From Mytilus trossulus (lineage: Eukaryota): a stretch of 64,000 bases of DNA. The notes under the pieces were generated by a model. The model was not told where the DNA came from. It did no database searches and saw nothing but the letters and a program-made list of their open reading frames with translations. The stretch covers positions 6,386,001-6,450,000 of the forward strand of contig NC_086382.1 in the NCBI RefSeq assembly GCF_036588685.1. The letters are read 5' to 3'. The first letter of the stretch is position 1. Each line of letters opens with the position of its first letter. The position numbers were made by a program, and so were the translations under genes. Positions 62,139 through 64,000 of this stretch are shown here, piece after piece.

Positions 62139-64000
62139 TCGACACTACAGCAACACCCGTTGGATAGATACGACACTACAGCTACACTACAGCTACACCT
62201 GTTGGATAGATACGACACTACAGCTACACTACAGCTACACCTGTTGGATAGATACGACACTACAGCTACACTACAGCTACACCTGTTGGATAGATACGAC
62301 ACTACAGCTACACTACAGCTACACCTGTTGGATAGATACGACACTACAGCTACACTTCAGCTACACCTGTTGGATAGATACGACACTACAGCTACACTAC
62401 AGCTACACCTGTTGGATAGATACGACACTACAGCTACACTACAGCTACACCTGTCGGATAGATACGACACTACAGCTACACTTCAGCTACACCTGTTGGA
62501 TAGATACGACACTACAGCTACACCTGTTGGATAGATACGACACTACAGCTACACTACAGCTACACCTGTTGGATAGATACGAAACTACAGCTACACTTCA
62601 GCTACACCTGTTGGATAGATACGAAACTACAGCTACACTTCAGCTACACCTGTTGGATAGATACGACACTACAGCTACACCTGTTGGATAGATACGACAC
62701 TACAGCTACACTACAGCTACACCTGTTGGATAGATACGACACTACAGCTACACTACAGCTACACCTGTTGGATAGATACGAAACTACAGCTACACTACAG
62801 CTACACCTGTTGGATAGATACGAAACTACAGCTACACTTCAGCTACACCTGTTGGATAGATACGACACTACAGCTACACCTGTTGGATAGATACGACACT
62901 ACAGCTACACTACAGCTACACTACAGCTACACCTGTTGGATAGATACGACACTACAGCTACACCTGTTGGATAGATACGACACTACAGCTACACTTCAGC
63001 TACACCTGTTGGATAGATACGACACTACAACTACACCTGTTGGATAGATACGACACTACAGCTACACCTGTTGGATAGATACGACACTACAGCTACACTA
63101 CAGCTACACCTGTTGGATAGATACGAAACTACAGCTACACTTCAGCTACACCTGTTGGATAGATACGAAACTACAGCTACACTTCAGCTACACCTGTTGG
63201 ATAGATACGACACTACAGCTACACCTGTTGGATAGATACGACACTACAGCTACACTACAGCTACACCTGTTGGATAGATACGAAACTACAGCTACACTTC
63301 AGCTACACCTGTTGGATAGATACGACACTACAGCTACACCTGTTGGATAGATACGACGCTACAGCTACACTACAGCTACACCTGTTGGATAGATACGACA
63401 CTACAGCTACACTTCAGCTACACCTGTTGGATAGATACGACACTACAGCTACACCTGTTGGATAGATACGACACTACAGCTACACTACAGCTACACCTGT
63501 CGGATAGATACGACACTACAGCTACACTTCAGCTACACCTGTTGGATAGATACGACACTACAGCTACACCTGTTGGATAGATACGACACTACAGCTACAC
63601 TACAGCTACACCTGTTGGATAGATACGACACTACAGCTACACTACAGCTACACCTGTTGGATAGATACGACACTACAGCTACACTTCAGCTACACCTGTT
63701 GGATAGAAACGACACTACAGCTACACCTGTTGGATAGATACGACACTACAGCTACACCTGTTGGATAGATACGACACTACAGCTACACTACAGCTACACC
63801 TGTTGGATAGATACGACACTACAGCTACACCTGTTAGATAGATACGACACTACAGCTACACCTGTTGGATAGATACGAAACTACAGCTACACTACAGCTA
63901 CACCTGTTGGATAGATACGACACTACAGCTACACTTCAGCTATACCTGTTGGATAGATAAGACACTACAGCTACACCTGTTGGATAGATACGACACTACA
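62139..64000. repeat. Minisatellite with 31/42/53-bp units, continuing past the window end
   Basis: Constant CCTGTTGGATAGATACGACA (20 bp) followed by 1-3 copies of CTACAGCTACA (11 bp). Confidence 0.95.

Noticed and set aside
62068-62890. Repetitive ORFs (WIDTTLQLHYSYTC / DRYDTTATLQLHLL) as a protein gene, or the array as CRISPR
   Set aside because: The 42-bp unit is stop-free by chance and the 31-bp units shift frame; there are no unique spacers and the DNA is eukaryotic

Overview
AT-rich eukaryotic genomic DNA, most likely a bivalve mollusc (Mytilus-like, inferred from gene and repeat content). Main content: (1) a minus-strand tandem cluster of four temptin-like secreted-protein genes with matching intron positions, three complete with three exons and one running off the left edge; (2) a structurally complete but ORF-disrupted DIRS-1 tyrosine-recombinase retrotransposon (5342-10914) with ITRs, ICR, gag, RT/RNase H, a Dam-like methyltransferase and YR; (3) an intronless 781-aa ORF for a multi-TM, Ig-like, TIR-domain membrane protein inside the temptin cluster; (4) two related families of ~350-365 bp repeats carrying type I hammerhead ribozymes (non-LTR retrozyme-like), present as tandem arrays and truncated copies, one array sense-oriented inside a temptin intron, plus a decayed Penelope-like RT fragment; (5) a 182-bp solo LTR containing a tRNA-Ile-like sequence, several MITEs, two long-hairpin elements, a 5'-truncated LINE and a modular 31/42/53-bp minisatellite at the right edge. 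All calls come from reading the sequence by eye; no searches were run.
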